Source: Octopus bimaculoides (lineage: Eukaryota). Taken from it: a DNA stretch of 64,000 nt. The notes under the pieces are model-generated. The model was not told where the DNA came from. It saw only the letters and a list, made by a program, of their open reading frames with translations, and did not search any database. Both the position numbers and the translations under genes were made by a program. Below, piece after piece: positions 55,346 through 62,740 of this stretch. Numbering within the stretch: position 1 is the first letter of the stretch; the number at the start of each line of letters is the position of its first letter. The stretch is taken from the NCBI RefSeq assembly GCF_001194135.2, contig NC_068993.1, positions 44,769,531-44,833,530 on the forward strand, in the 5' to 3' direction.

Positions 55346-55615
55346 CTTGTATTACTCTCATGTTTAAAACCGATTATCGATCTATTTTCTATCAATGAAT
55401 GTTATAAGACTTGATGAAATTCTTAATTTTGTCTCGGGAGATTCAAAGTGTAATTAATCATAATAAAAATAACTTGTCGATGTAGAACATAGAAAGAAAG
55501 ATCGTTTTTCATTTTAACATAATAAAAGTATTAATGTAAATTATCGTTACCTTGTGGCACCGAATGCTGGAGCTGGAGATAGTCCAAACGTAAAACCTCC
55601 TCCAGCCGCCATCAT
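8381..55615 (-). CDS. NUP58: Nucleoporin Nup58 (NUPL1, Nup58/45) gene span, 14 coding exons, about 714 aa; 3' end uncertain
   Basis: The manually spliced minus-strand exons join in frame with GT-AG introns. N- and C-terminal FG repeats flank a coiled-coil core resembling vertebrate NUP58 as recalled from memory (e.g. RMSTKSMIKVQTDLTALRQILGSVSNGVQRN vs RMSSKAMLKVQEDIKALKQLLSLAANGIQRN). Confidence 0.93.
8386..8460 (-). CDS. NUP58: Nup58 coding exon 14 (75 nt): GFSCFGQGSTSGFSFGSNTAAVKPL; either terminal (G-stop, TAG at 8383-8381) or spliced at GTTAGT
   Basis: Acceptor ATTATTCATTTCAG, phase 1, contains FG and FSFG. Lies 13.9 kb from exon 13. Confidence 0.75.
10607..10821. mobile_element. piggyBac-like MITE family (TTAACCCTTTAGCATT ends). 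Copies at about 12400-12627, 26250-26385, 33160-33334, 34458-34990 (interrupted), 53265-53460
   Basis: Degenerate TIR TTAA-CCCTTTAGCATT...AATGCTAAAGGG-TTAA and a shared body CACCTACCCTACAATGTCATTCTAAAAATAAAC. Confidence 0.65.
11311..11405. repeat. (TG)n microsatellite; also about 7284-7328 and others
   Basis: Direct reading. Confidence 0.95.
14440..14815 (+). mobile_element. Degenerate RTE LINE fragment just upstream of the RT domain
   Basis: KCYNTKLLNEEN and IKNMKVGKVSR resemble the RTE motifs HYERLLNVEN and IKDMKTGKAPG. Confidence 0.5.
14820..15040 (+). mobile_element. Second SINE head type. Copies also at about 11750-11960, 18405-18640, 63000-63250, 12130-12360(-), 58830-59080(-)
   Basis: Repeated TGGCCTAxTGGTTAG...TTTCGATTCC...TTGTGTTCTTGAGCAAAACACT...CAGTCCACTCAG. 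Confidence 0.75.
15060..15270 (+). mobile_element. Degenerate RTE LINE fragment, Cys-rich segment after RT
   Basis: ICRKVCRDSICCSQYYGCVYKIFSGITDWLIEKKGFVCSRY (ORF 15126..15383) resembles CxxCRKGVGxNSIxCxxCxxWxHKRCSGI...FVCxRC. Confidence 0.6.
15990..16360 (+). mobile_element. Degenerate RTE LINE fragment after RT
   Basis: IEVIDSFCNQGDKIDSGGR*SENLVVRIRIRCKTASELLLLLVSKGF resembles LEVVDSFCYLGD..SSGGGCSE...RIRIGW.KFRELLPLL..KGF. Confidence 0.7.
17291..17610 (+). mobile_element. Degenerate RTE-clade LINE C-terminal fragment
   Basis: QLAVT..KAMERSILGIS, then GHV..FTDNRWTCAV..YPRDRK..RAP across frameshifts. Confidence 0.7.
18120..18330. mobile_element. Tc1/mariner-type MITE with an internal tandem duplication
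   Basis: 29-bp TIR CAGGGTGTCCACAAAGTCTG(T/G)GTACATGG with one mismatch; TA on both flanks (18118-19, 18331-32). Confidence 0.85.
22388..22555 (-). CDS. NUP58: Nup58 coding exon 13 (168 nt), C-terminal FG region: SGPPNIGLGTNTLG...SLFGNAGTGTTFG...SLFGNTTAKT
   Basis: Acceptor TTTTTATATTTTCAG, donor G|GTATGT, phase 1-1, SLFG motifs. Confidence 0.9.
23215..23416 (-). CDS. NUP58: Nup58 coding exon 12 (202 nt): TLKEKYLNYRRIFLGDTKDVFESKRK...GPNPFTGFPSTTAIALAAALSRNQQAP
   Basis: Acceptor TTCTGGTTCTGTAG, donor T|GTAAGT. Similar to LKEQYLGYRKMFLGD...GPTPFS...AVAMAATL. Confidence 0.95.
24060..24200 (+). mobile_element. Short CR1/Jockey-like LINE C-terminal remnant
   Basis: HFYLSCLPRTTTLWNS resembles the SFxPRTxxLWNSLP motif. 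Confidence 0.4.
24585..24667 (-). CDS. NUP58: Nup58 coding exon 11 (83 nt): ELTMLLHKSHENFLALAAHFHQVHESVK
   Basis: Acceptor ATTCTATTTCAG, donor AAA|GTAAGC. Similar to DLSMAMQKIYQTFVALAAQLQSIHENVK. Confidence 0.93.
26024..26142 (-). CDS. NUP58: Nup58 coding exon 10 (119 nt): YFQSLFEDFEIQMKAYKGEIQNLESHILSLHQPSRLSPE
   Basis: Acceptor T-run+CATCTTTTCTAG, donor G|GTTAAT. Similar to YFRILVQQFEVQLQQYRQQIEELENHL. Confidence 0.92.
27000..27079 (-). CDS. NUP58: Nup58 coding exon 9 (80 nt): ELKNTEMGQRTEDMSAVLQDENVAPT
   Basis: Acceptor CTCTTTTGCAG, donor GA|GTAAGT. Similar to ELKNAEIALRTQK...EYAAPA. Confidence 0.93.
27333..27507 (-). CDS. NUP58: Nup58 coding exon 8 (175 nt): KYIKSEKAIRENISRMSTKSMIKVQTDLTALRQILGSVSNGVQRNAVLIEKLKKESVQ
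   Basis: Acceptor GTCGTTTTTATAG, donor CAG|GTATGT, conserved coiled-coil segment. Confidence 0.95.
27647..28093 (+). mobile_element. Tandem dimer of a third SINE type. Single copies at about 13955-14175, 18750-18960, 4610-4820(-), 40110-40310(-)
   Basis: Core GAGTTCAAATT...TTTCATCCTTT.GGGGTC.ATAAAATAAGTACCAG...GTGCCAAAATTTGAAACCAAT occurs twice head-to-tail. Confidence 0.8.
28530..28595 (-). CDS. NUP58: Nup58 coding exon 7 (66 nt): NSKVLKETQLPQQLLVCVEPL
   Basis: Acceptor TTTCTATTTTTTAAG, donor AA|GTAAGT. Similar to NUP58 DSKALKDENLPPVICQDVENL. Confidence 0.9.
30201..30719. mobile_element. Possible degenerate hAT non-autonomous element
   Basis: Ends AAGTGGTTCTCAACC and AGATTAAGAACCATTG resemble CAGTGGTTCTCAACC TIRs; no clear TSD. 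Confidence 0.35.
30840..30867 (-). CDS. NUP58: Nup58 coding exon 6 (28 nt): DGTGPNGKQ(A)
   Basis: Acceptor TTTCTATTGTACAG, donor GC|GTAAGT. Supplies the required phase 1-to-2 change. Confidence 0.8.
32464..32637 (-). CDS. NUP58: Nup58 coding exon 5 (174 nt): GVQSSTLGGSSGFGLG...KGLGGVDPKVSIAAS
   Basis: Acceptor T-run+ATGCCAATCTTAG, donor G|GTAAGT. Contains the NUP58-type GLGG(V/I)D motif. Confidence 0.92.
33717..33794 (-). CDS. NUP58: Nup58 coding exon 4 (78 nt): GLTSTAPATGFSFSGLSGPATTSAGF
   Basis: Acceptor TTTAATTTGCAG, donor G|GTATGT, phase 1-1. Confidence 0.88.
34025..34105. repeat. (GA)n microsatellite
   Basis: Direct reading. Confidence 0.95.
34562..34875 (+). mobile_element. Young RTE-tail-related short element with a (TGA)n tail. 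Near-identical copies at 31553-31790(-), 39293-39510(-), 61036-61356(+), 63776-64000(-)
   Basis: Almost identical GAGTGGTTGGCGTTAGGAAGGGCATCCAGCT.TAGAAACTCTGCCAAATTAGA...CATGCTAGCATGGAAAGCGGACGTTAAAC(GAT)n; CpGs intact. Confidence 0.85.
37343..37619. mobile_element. piggyBac-type MITE
   Basis: TIR CCCATTACCT(A/C)CC; TTAA on both flanks (37339-42, 37620-23). Confidence 0.8.
42536..43327 (-). CDS. NUP58: Nup58 coding exon 3 (792 nt), FSFG/FG-repeat domain
   Basis: Acceptor TTTTCATTTTTTTGTAG, donor G|GTTTGT. Open frame SGFSFGGSTNAAPATGGFSFG...; includes most of ORF 42510..43052. Confidence 0.92.
44725..44759 (-). CDS. NUP58: Nup58 coding exon 2 (35 nt): (S)TGFGGASQGTT
   Basis: Acceptor T-run+CATCTTCCAG, donor A|GTAATT. 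Its phase 2-to-1 structure is exactly what is needed to join exon 1 to exon 3. Confidence 0.85.
47112..48035 (+). mobile_element. Older long member of the same RTE-tail family with a pyrimidine-rich body and a duplicated tail module. Related pieces at about 25420-25940(-), 36050-36370, 59440-59935(-)
   Basis: GTGGTTGGTGTT..GAAGGGCATCCAGC.GTAAAAA occurs twice (about 47797 and 47896); the body matches the reverse complement of 59640-59930. Confidence 0.6.
48871..49055. mobile_element. hAT (Charlie-type) MITE
   Basis: TIR CAATGCTCCACAACCT / AGGTTGTGGAGCACTA; 8-bp flanks CCCTAAGC and CTCTAAAC (6 of 8 match). Confidence 0.65.
50160..50335 (+). mobile_element. RTE LINE RT N-terminal fragment
   Basis: MKAADPSGVVAGMLKISGE...VNQAI*EG, then a frameshift, then STTVNCYKCKGE (RT subdomain 0/1 type). 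Confidence 0.7.
51152..51530 (+). mobile_element. tRNA-head SINE, best-preserved copy. Other copies at about 1450-1815, 3480-3870, 4100-4400(-), 5170-5580, 9430-9790(-), 11180-11310, 20040-20434, 20455-20605(-), 21780-21965(-), 23635-23800, 28790-28930, 29820-30005(-), 35410-35560, 42180-42310(-), 63645-63775
   Basis: B-box-like GGTTCAGTCC, shared core CACCTTGGGCAAGTGTCTTCTACTATAG...GTAGACGGAAACTGAAAGAAGCC, internal (TG)n, AATAAGTAC box, shared 3' tail. Confidence 0.85.
52462..54005. repeat. Long imperfect inverted repeat, arms about 52462-52830 and about 53680-54005
   Basis: Shared blocks in opposite orientation: GAGTTTCGGAAAATTCACAC, CAAATACCTTTC.AACGGCA.AGATTA..ATTATAAAGAAATTT, AAGTTGGAACTA.TCCGTTTTGA. 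Confidence 0.8.
55307..55343. repeat. (TA)n microsatellite; similar tracts at about 1260-1300, 44993-45024, 45573-45640, 57135-57178, 58606-58810, 59255-59302
   Basis: Direct reading. Confidence 0.95.
55551..55615 (-). CDS. NUP58: Nup58 coding exon 1: MMAAGGGFTFGLSPAPAFGAT
   Basis: ATG in GCAACATGATGG context, FG motifs, donor AG|GTAACG, ends in phase 2. Confidence 0.88.
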
Positions 55616-55960
55616 GTTGCAATTGACAAACTCTCAAACCAGAATACGAAACTAGAAAATATGAAAACAAATTATTATATACAATAATAAAACAAAAATG
55701 AAGAAAAACATGATTAAAATTTTAGTTGTAATATTTCGTTTTTAAAAAAAGGAAGATTTGTTTTAGATTATCGTCAAGAAGGAATAATAATCTGAAAATA
55801 TCTTTTATGCGATATCAATCAGATGTGACTAACCTTGTAACATGGAGGATTGAAAGCTGTAAACAAGAAAAACACTTGACGGAATCACGAAAATGGAATT
55901 TATCAGGACTTCTAAGGTTAGTAAACGTGGCAATACATTTACATGTGATTATTTTATTCG
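55616..55960 (-). promoter_or_regulatory. Putative Nup58 5'UTR/promoter: acceptor at 55652 and a possible non-coding first exon ending at the donor at 55834
   Basis: TTTTCATATTTTCTAG acceptor 36 nt upstream of the ATG, CAAG|GTTAGT donor at 55834/55833, YY1-like CCATTTT near 55890, CpGs retained locally. Confidence 0.35.
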
Positions 55961-57128
55961 AATTTGTGATATTTAAAGGAAAATATCTGCATTTTATCAA
56001 TGCGTGGTAATTATATAAGAATATTCTGCGAATAAATTTTTCAAGAATTGCTATGAAATGTTTTAAGACAAATTAACCGGCCACTCACTTGACAACAGTT
56101 GATACCTGTGACCAAATAATTAATTATCCCATTTAACTTGATTTACCATTTTAGAAGCTTACCCATTAATTATTAGTTCTAAATGTCAGTGAAGATAAAT
56201 ATAAAAGCTATCGATATGAAACTGAAACAATTTCGTGTATATATATATGTATATATATATATATATATACACCTGTTTTATTTATCATAATTTACACTTA
56301 GTTTTTTTTTTTCTTGTGAGATCATCACCCACCCTTCTGCGTTACTCAATATTATATCTATTGTAACACACGTAGCTATGTTTTTCTTAAGAATATCAAA
56401 AACAGTTCAAATTTTTAAAAATAACATTTAATGAATGCTTTACTTTTTTTCTTTTTATTTTGTGGGCGTATATGTTAATGTATTATAATTTGACACATTA
56501 GTAGAATATTAAGCAAAATAAGGAGCTATGTGGCATGAGTTTTTGCTCTTTAGAATATAGCAGATGAACATATATTTTCATCACTAAACAATTACGTTTA
56601 TTATTCACTTCTATAAATAAAATACATAGGCACCGATCTAACAAGCTACCTAACAACTAGAATTTTTTTTCTTATTCTCTCTATCAATTTACTGTTTATC
56701 GATTTCTCAAATGAACTAGAAATTGTTTCTAAGTATACTCAATGTATATATTTTTCTCTGTTGTATGATGGCATGGAGGAAAAAAAATCTAAGTCCTCAT
56801 TTTTATTCATATCTACCTAACTTCTTCATGTCCAAATGTAACGAAGCTCAACGAAGTTTCGTGATTGATTGAATCGTCGCAGGAAGCTGTTCCTATTTTC
56901 AATCCTTTATTTATCTGCACATTTATTATTATTATTATTATATATATATTTTTTGTATGCGTCTGGCTAACTCTCGAACTGTCATCATGTGATATTTAGC
57001 GTTGAACAGGTGAAGAAAATAGAATGTATTTCATATATAAGGGTTCTATTCCTGAATAATTTAAATAAAGGTCAGAAAAAAAATATGCGAACCTACTGTT
57101 GATTCAGATCGTCCATAATGTATATGTG

Positions 57129-57183
<55 letters not shown>

Positions 57184-57290
57184 GTATGTGAGGGTGTATA
57201 TGCATATATATGTTTATAAGTCTGTNNNNNNNNNNATGTTTATAAGTCTGTTTCAGTGCGTATATATCTATACACTCATACGAATATGTG

Positions 57291-57331
<41 letters not shown>

Positions 57332-57407
57332 TTCTGCTAAATATTATTAAAAATGTGTGTGTATGAATTTGTATAAATAGAGGCATATACTGTGTGTATG
57401 ATATGTA

Positions 57408-57508
57408 GAGGGTGGGCCAAAAGTCACGACCTGGCTACGTATTGTGATATGGGTGCATAATCTGGTGGCTTCAGCTGTTCTACCAACTTCGGGACTTTTA
57501 GACCATCC
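57408..57508. mobile_element. Small degenerate mariner-like MITE
   Basis: Left GAGGGTGGGCCAAAAGTCACGA vs reverse complement of right TAGGATGGTCTAAAAGTCCCGA; TA flanks. Confidence 0.4.
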
Positions 57509-57627
57509 TATATATATGTATGTATATACATATACACATTTGGGTGTGTGTATATATATGCATGTATGTATGCTTATGTGTACGTATATATATCATCATC
57601 ATCGTTTAATGTCCATCTTCCATTTGG

Positions 57628-57668
<41 letters not shown>

Positions 57669-57679
57669 TTATCAAATTC

Positions 57680-58594
57680 CCTCACTAGTTTGGATGAAAT
57701 ATAGAAGTGGGCTAAAAAGAATAGCATGCAGTTTAATGCTGAAAAGTTTGAAGCCTTGTGCTATCAGCATGCAAGACTAAATGCAATACTAATCAAATAC
57801 ACTGGACCTGGAGGGATTGCAATCCCAGAGGCACAGTCAGTGTGAGACCTGGGTATTTACATGAGTAATGATGCATCCTTCCATGTGCATGTTGCTATAT
57901 TGGCAATGAAATGCAGGTGGCTGACTAGATGGATTCTTAGAACTTTTAGAACAAGAGATCAGGAAACCATGATGGTCCTCTGGAGGACACTTGTCCTAAG
58001 CCACTTTGACTATTGCTCTCAGCTATGGTCACCAACCAGTCTCAAATTAATCGCAGAACTTGAGTCAATCCAACGAAGCTACATGAAGAAGATAGCCTAT
58101 GTGCAGCATATAAGCTACTGAGAAAGATTCAAGAGATTAAGACTCTATTTCTTAGAGCCATAATATACATCTGGAAGATTGTGGAGTGACTAGTCCCAAA
58201 CTTTGGCATCAAGAGTTGCACAAATACTAGAACTGGGTGCCACAGTATAGTGCCAAGGATTCCAAATTTGCCATCAAGATATGGGACGAGATACTGCAAG
58301 AGCCTGGGCTTCAGAGGACGACAGCTCTTCAATATCCTCCTGAAGGACCTCAGAGACCTGCATGGGGTAGATGTAGGTGTCTTCAAAATGAAACTGGACC
58401 TCTTACTGTCAAGTGTTCCACACGAGTCAACTTCATGGCAGGAGGTGCAGATGAGGGCAGTGGCATCAAACTCCCTCATGTACTGAATGTCAATTCCTAA
58501 AAAGCATTAGTGAAGTAAAATTATGTATCAACACCAAATAGCGGTGCCCCAGCATGGCCACAGCTCATGAGCTGAAACTAGATCAAATCAAATC
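57680..58594 (+). mobile_element. 5'-truncated CR1/L2-like LINE (post-RT region and 3' end), pseudogenised
   Basis: Reads KWAKKNSMQFNAEKF...V*DLGIYM...WILRTF...YCSQLWSP...LESIQR...SY*ER with in-frame stops. Ends with an (ATCAA)n tail. Confidence 0.88.
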
Positions 58595-58599
58595 ATATG

Positions 58600-58652
<53 letters not shown>

Positions 58653-58775
58653 ATACATATATATATGTATATATATACATATATATATGGATATAAATAT
58701 ATATATATATGCATACTCATACATACATCATCTGATATTAAAATTATAATAATGATATATATGTGTGTGTGTGTT

Positions 58776-58806
<31 letters not shown>

Positions 58807-59252
58807 CACTCTATCGACCAAATTATTGAATGTTGTTATTCACAGCTGGTCACCATGCACTCCACATTGTTTTCGCTTTTGAATGATGTCACCCCAGCTG
58901 TCTAGGTATGCAGGCCAACATTCCCCCTGAATGGAATGCCAGTCTGTTACAGGGTTACCCATTGACAGCTGAGTGGAACATGAAATTAAGTATTTTGCTC
59001 AAGAGCTCAATCAGTGCCTGCCTGGGAATTGAAACCCTGATCTTGCGAATGCAATATCCTAACCTCTAAGTCTCGCACCTTCTGATACAAAGCCAATAGT
59101 TTTCCAAGTAGGGGTTTAGTTGATTACATAGACCCCAGTGATCAACTGATACTTATTTTATTGACCATGAAAGGTAAATTTGATCTCAGAACGGAAAGGA
59201 GAAAATGCTGCCAAGAATTTTGTCAATCATGCTAGAGATTCTAATAGCTTGT

Positions 59253-59310
<58 letters not shown>

Positions 59311-59944
59311 AAACACACAAAACTCTTGGACCTTGAGTCATTCTGTTACTTCTGCTAAATATTAATAAAAATATACATATACTCATATTTTGAGTTCTAT
59401 TTTTCCTGTTTGCATCAGCGTACCTATATATAAATAATAATCATCATCATCATTTAAAATCTCTTTCCATTGTGGCATGGGTTGGATGATTTGATAAGAA
59501 CAGATGAGCCACAGGGTAGTGCCAAACTCAGTGTTTGTTTTGGCATAGTTTCTACAGCTGGATGCCCTTCCTAAAGCCAACCACTTAACAGAGTGTACTG
59601 GGTGCTTTTTATGTAGCAATTGCACCGTTGAGGTCACCGAGTGCCTGCAAGATAAGTCTCTTTGACTGAGTGGGGTAGAGATTAAAGGGATAAGAAAATA
59701 TGATTGAGGGACAAGGAGCAGGTGTCTTGCTGAAGAGGTTAATACATGGCTTGCCTACTTGGGAAGAGAATGAGAGAGATGTGAGGTCCAGGTACAAGAA
59801 GAGCAGAAAAGGTGGATATATAGGTAAGTGCATTGAGTGAAATTTGTGTGACAGATAATTAGATAGTGAGCGATTTGGACAGTTAAGCAGAGGACCAAGT
59901 GGAAGAAATAGGGTAACATAGAAGATTGGGAGAGTGGGTGTTAG

Positions 59945-59987
<43 letters not shown>

Positions 59988-60099
59988 TGCATATATATTA
60001 CATTCCTACATAATAAGCACATATATGTGTATATGCATATATTTGTGAATATATGCATAAATACATGTGTATACAGATATATATATATATATATATATA

Positions 60100-61035
60100 N
60101 NNNNNNNNNNNNNNNNNNNNNNNNNNNNNNNNNNNNNNNNNNNNNNNNNNNNNNNNNNNNNNNNNNNNNNNNNNNNNNNNNNNNNNNNNNNNNNNNNNNN
60201 NNNNNNNNNNNNNNNNNNNNNNNNNNNNNNNNNNNNNNNNNNNNNNNNNNNNNNNNNNNNNNNNNNNNNNNNNNNNNNNNNNNNNNNNNNNNNNNNNNNN
60301 NNNNNNNNNNNNNNNNNNNNNNNNNNNNNNNNNNNNNNNNNNNNNNNNNNNNNNNNNNNNNNNNNNNNNNNNNNNNNNNNNNNNNNNNNNNNNNNNNNNN
60401 NNNNNNNNNNNNNNNNNNNNNNNNNNNNNNNNNNNNNNNNNNNNNNNNNNNNNNNNNNNNNNNNNNNNNNNNNNNNNNNNNNNNNNNNNNNNNNNNNNNN
60501 NNNNNNNNNNNNNNNNNNNNNNNNNNNNNNNNNNNNNNNNNNNNNNNNNNNNNNNNNNNNNNNNNNNNNNNNNNNNNNNNNNNNNNNNNNNNNNNNNNNN
60601 NNNNNNNNNNNNNNNNNNNNNNNNNNNNNNNNNNNNNNNNNNNNNNNNNNNNNNNNNNNNNNNNNNNNNNNNNNNNNNNNNNNNNNNNNNNNNNNNNNNN
60701 NNNNNNNNNNNNNNNNNNNNNNNNNNNNNNNNNNNNNNNNNNNNNNNNNNNNNNNNNNNNNNNNNNNNNNNNNNNNNNNNNNNNNNNNNNNNNNNNNNNN
60801 NNNNNNNNNNNNNNNNNNNNNNNNNNNNNNNNNNNNNNNNNNNNNNNNNNNNNNNNNNNNNNNNNNNNNNNNNNNNNNNNNNNNNNNNNNNNNNNNNNNN
60901 NNNNNNNNNNNNNNNNNNNNNNNNNNNNNNNNNNNNNNNNNNNNNNNNNNNNNNNNNNNNNNNNNNNNNNNNNNNNNNNNNNNNNNNNNNNNNNNNNNNN
61001 NNNNNNNNNNNNNNNNNNNNNNNNNNNNNNNNNNN
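60100..61035. other. Assembly gap (largest). Others at 14193-14293, 31864-32118, 37716-38457, 45596-45605, 53547-53668, 57226-57235, 61623-61895
   Basis: Runs of N, mostly flanked by microsatellites or young repeats. Confidence 0.99.
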
Positions 61036-62352
61036 CTGTGCGTAAGAAGACCCGGCAAGCCAAGTGAGATCGTTGCCAGTGCCCCTGGACTGGCTCTTGT
61101 GCGGGTGGCACATAAGATGTACCATCCTGAGCGTGACCGTTGCCAGTACCGCCTGACTGGCCTTGTAGGGTTTTCAAGCGAGATCGTTGCCAGTGCCCCT
61201 GGACTGGCTCTTGTGCGGGTGGCACATAAAAGACACCATTTCGAGCGTGGCCGTTTTCGTGCGGGTGACACGTAAAAGCACCCACTACCCTCTCTGAGTG
61301 GTTGGCATTAGGAAGGGCATCCAGCTGTAGAAACTCTGCCAAATTAGATTGGAGCCATGTATGTATCTTTATATATTGTATTTATGCATGTATGGATAAT
61401 GAGTATGCAGACGCACACACACACATACACATATGTATATGCCGGCAAGGAAGACAGACATTAAATGATGTTGAGACGTGTGTATAAGTGTGTATAAGTA
61501 TATTACCTGTTCAGTGGCTAATATTAATTGTGAGATAAGCTTTATCCTCATTGCTACATATTATAGAAAGTTTATTTTTGTCGATCTACTTGCACACTCT
61601 TCACTCCCTCCATACTTATATANNNNNNNNNNNNNNNNNNNNNNNNNNNNNNNNNNNNNNNNNNNNNNNNNNNNNNNNNNNNNNNNNNNNNNNNNNNNNN
61701 NNNNNNNNNNNNNNNNNNNNNNNNNNNNNNNNNNNNNNNNNNNNNNNNNNNNNNNNNNNNNNNNNNNNNNNNNNNNNNNNNNNNNNNNNNNNNNNNNNNN
61801 NNNNNNNNNNNNNNNNNNNNNNNNNNNNNNNNNNNNNNNNNNNNNNNNNNNNNNNNNNNNNNNNNNNNNNNNNNNNNNNNNNNNNNNNNNNNNNNATATA
61901 TATATAAATGTGTGTGTGTGTGTATGTATGTATATATATATATATGAATGTATGTATATATTGCATGAAGCTAGCGTAAAAGGCTTCTTTCTCTTTGCCA
62001 GTCTGCTTCAGTGAGGGTTGTTGCTATTTGCTATTGATCTTTCATTGTCAGATGTTCCTGTTTTGTTTTCTTTTTCTTTTTCTGTCTTTCTGGCATATTT
62101 TCAGTGATTAAAGTGTGAAGAGAATAAAAACAACAACCCAAAACCATATAAATGTACACTTTCTTAATATAGACGAGAACCTTCATGATAATATTAGTTG
62201 GGGGTGAAGAAACAGAGGGTCAGTATGACATTTGTAGCTTTCTGAATGGCATCAAGAAATATCTCTTTTAATTATAAAGATTTCTTTATTTGGCATGTAC
62301 TGTTATATTACATAACAGAACCAAAATATACTGTTAAATCTACTGTAGTATA

Positions 62353-62740
62353 TTCTTCTTCTAGGTAGTTCATCGATCTCTGATGAAGACATAGTCTGTG
62401 GTCTCAACAGTCAGTGGTAGGAATGCATGTGGCTCCACAGCCCAAGGCCAGAAGCACACAGGCGCCCACAAGTTGGACATTGGTAGTGTGTGGTTGGGAC
62501 TGAGGATGAAGTAGCCCGGTGACATCCGTCTCTTGTGGCTGCGAAGCATTGCTGTCTATCCTCTTCAAAAGCAACTACAGCAATGTAGGTGGTTGACCTC
62601 CAGGTAGCCTTGTTTGTGGCTTTGGTCTCGAGTTTGCGAGGCTGTTCTTATTTCTCAACTTGGGTCTTCCTTGTTGCCTTGTGCCTTCCTTCAGCTCACC
62701 ATACATCAGTTGTCTGGGGATGTGGTCATTCATTCTAAGC
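62353..62740 (-). mobile_element. 3' fragment of an RTE (BovB-like) LINE with C-terminal C2H2-type zinc finger
   Basis: LRMNDHIPRQLMYGELKEGTRQQGRPKLR, then a frameshift, then CPTCGRLCASGLGLWSHMHSYH*. Short 3'UTR with a hairpin and a (AGA)n tail. Confidence 0.8.

Noticed and set aside
57210-57251. Direct repeat ATGTTTATAAGTCTGT on both sides of a 10-N gap
   Set aside because: Most likely a contig-overlap assembly artefact.
61075-61208. CRISPR-like appearance of repeated palindromic units
   Set aside because: Eukaryotic context, spacers are not unique, no cas genes; the units belong to a dispersed retroelement.
59609-61342. Long ORFs (577 aa, 421 aa, etc.) including MAEFLQLDALPNANHSERVVGAF
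   Set aside because: They span N gaps and are translations of the young repeat and (TA)n tracts; the same peptide recurs at 39397.
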